DNA of 28,257 nucleotides from Chlamydiota bacterium (GTDB lineage: Bacteria; Chlamydiota; Chlamydiia; Chlamydiales; Rhabdochlamydiaceae). A model generated the notes under the pieces. It had not been told where the DNA came from and made no database searches. It worked only from the letters and a program-made list of their open reading frames with translations. Of the stretch, positions 26,855 through 28,257 are shown in pieces. The stretch lies in NCBI GenBank assembly GCA_016866585.1, contig VGMB01000001.1, positions 1 to 28,257 on the forward strand. The letters run 5' to 3'. A program made the position numbers and the translations under genes. Every line of letters starts with the position of its first letter. The first letter of the stretch is position 1.

Positions 26855-27718
26855 ATGACTGTAATTTTAAGATCAATAGCAAACGATGGACAGCCCCTTC
26901 AGGCAATTTTTGCTTCCGATAAAGGAATGAATCTTGTTAGTTTTAAAAAAGGTGATTTAGAAATTATAGATCAATCAACGCGGAATTTATTTGAAGAAAG
27001 GTCTGCTGGTCTGGGGGCTTTAATAGGACCTCACTTTCATCATAGAAAAGAAGAATTTATTACGCCTGTCCTTTTTGAAGAAAGGTTCCCTCATATTGCT
27101 AAGGTAAAAGCTAAAGGAATTAAGGAGCCTTTTTCACATGGTATTGCAAGGTATGCTCCATGGAATTGTAAAAGTTCAGAGACTACTTTGCACGCTAGAA
27201 TATCTGGTAATGATCTTTGGAATGATGTTTTACTTTCTTCTTTAGAGGGTTTTAATTTTTCAATGTATATGGATGTACAGATCTCTTCGAATGGATTGTT
27301 TATAGAGCTGTCGGTAGATGCAGAAAGCTCTTCCGTCGTTGGGTTTCATTATTATTATAATCTTTCTAATGGACCAAGTATTATATCTTCAGACACTCAA
27401 GATTACTATTATAGTGGAGATCAAAAACTGGAAATTCCTAATGAGTGGAAGGAAAAAAATAAACTCCACATGCCTATTACTGGTGATATGGATTTTGGTT
27501 TTTATCCAAAAAATCACTCTTCCGTTTCAGAAATTATGCTTTTAACGGCATCTCATAAATTGAAAATTAAATACCAGTCTCAGACAAGTGAAAGCTCTTT
27601 TCAAGTATATCATCCTTCTGGGGCATCATTTGTTTGCATTGAACCGCTAAGTGCGACATTCCCTAAGAAACCAAAGCTTCACTCTAGTGGAGTAAACATG
27701 TATATAGAGGTGCTTTAA
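26855..27718 (+). CDS. Aldose 1-epimerase / galactose-mutarotase-like protein
   Basis: 'HGIARYAPW', 'GFHYYY' (HPYF-like), 'FVCIEP'. GAGGTG RBS. Confidence 0.72.
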   Translation: MTVILRSIANDGQPLQAIFASDKGMNLVSFKKGDLEIIDQSTRNLFEERSAGLGALIGPHFHHRKEEFITPVLFEERFPHIAKVKAKGIKEPFSHGIARYAPWNCKSSETTLHARISGNDLWNDVLLSSLEGFNFSMYMDVQISSNGLFIELSVDAESSSVVGFHYYYNLSNGPSIISSDTQDYYYSGDQKLEIPNEWKEKNKLHMPITGDMDFGFYPKNHSSVSEIMLLTASHKLKIKYQSQTSESSFQVYHPSGASFVCIEPLSATFPKKPKLHSSGVNMYIEVL

Positions 27719-28257
27719 TTAGTTTTCAAAAAGAGCATCTACATATTCTTTCGGATTAAATGAAACTAGATCATCTTCTCCTTCACCAACGCCAATCCAT
27801 TGAACTTGTATTCCAAGTTTCTTGTATATTGATAATACGATTCCTCCCTTTGCAGAGCCATCTAACTTGGTAAGAATGATTCCTGTAAGGGGTGTAAATT
27901 TATGAAAAATTTCAGCTTGATCTATGGCGTTTTGTCCTGTAGTTGCATCAAGGACTAGTAACGTCTGATGGGGGGCATCTGGAATCTGTCTTACGCAGAT
28001 CCTTCTTACTTTTTCTAGCTCTTGCATCAAGTCTGTCTTGTTTTGTAGTCTTCCTGCGGTGTCTATTATGACGACATCACAGTCCCTAGCCTTAGCTGCA
28101 GATATAGCATCAAAGGCAACTCCTGATGGATCTCCATTAGGCTTGGATTTTATGATGTCTACTCCGATACGGTCTGCCCAATGAGAAAGTTGATCTATAG
28201 CTCCAGCTCTAAAAGTATCACCAGCAGCCAAAATTACTTTTTTTCCTTCTTTTTTGA
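27719..28257 (-). CDS. ftsY: SRP receptor FtsY, 5'-truncated by the window edge
   Basis: Frame is open to the window end: 'KKVILAAGDTFRAGA', 'DTAGRLQNK', 'LVLDATTGQNA', 'LTKLDGSAKGG', 'IGVGEG'. Confidence 0.96.
   Translation of the reverse strand, partial: KKEGKKVILAAGDTFRAGAIDQLSHWADRIGVDIIKSKPNGDPSGVAFDAISAAKARDCDVVIIDTAGRLQNKTDLMQELEKVRRICVRQIPDAPHQTLLVLDATTGQNAIDQAEIFHKFTPLTGIILTKLDGSAKGGIVLSIYKKLGIQVQWIGVGEGEDDLVSFNPKEYVDALFEN

Noticed and set aside
15231-27545. Short shadow ORFs in the track (15231-15458, 18207-18491, 18735-18947, 19431-19613, 19722-19904, 20410-20616, 20980-21177, 22199-22417, 24142-24375, 24382-24630, 26390-26584, 27318-27545)
   Set aside because: They overlap strong genes antisense or out of frame, with no independent evidence.
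1-28257. tRNA, rRNA, CRISPR array, transposase, integrase or defence system
   Set aside because: No cloverleaf, spaced repeats or mobility/defence motifs seen; nearly all sequence is covered by identifiable CDSs.

Overview
AT-rich bacterial chromosomal window, very likely from an environmental (non-Chlamydiaceae) member of Chlamydiae. From recall, its gene content mirrors the C. trachomatis CT764-CT782 block: ftsQ-like, miaA, CT768-like coiled-coil, rsfS, fabF, Nudix, aas, cysS, lysS, priA, CT779-like. Plus strand: 5'-truncated FtsQ-like CDS, khpA, miaA, coiled-coil protein, HAD phosphatase, nadD, rsfS, fabF, Nudix hydrolase, glycosyltransferase-like protein, bioY, an acyltransferase-ACP-acyl-ACP-synthetase (Aas) fusion, cysS and a small winged-helix protein. 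These converge at a perfect 15-bp bidirectional terminator on a long minus-strand run: hypothetical, CT779-like, priA, tandem SET-domain protein, kdpF (missed by the ORF track), kdpA, kdpB, kdpC, lysS. The window ends with a eukaryote-type sterol (7-dehydrocholesterol) reductase, an aldose-epimerase-like gene and a 5'-truncated ftsY. The most unusual element is the SET-kdpFABC cassette. A gene with one intact and one degenerate SET domain sits 2 nt upstream of kdpF, no kdpDE is present in the window, and KdpB has lost the P-type ATPase TGES motif (NGST) while keeping DKTGT, GDGxND and the transmembrane coupling residues. No rRNA, tRNA, CRISPR array or transposase was seen. All calls come from reading motifs by eye; no searches were run.
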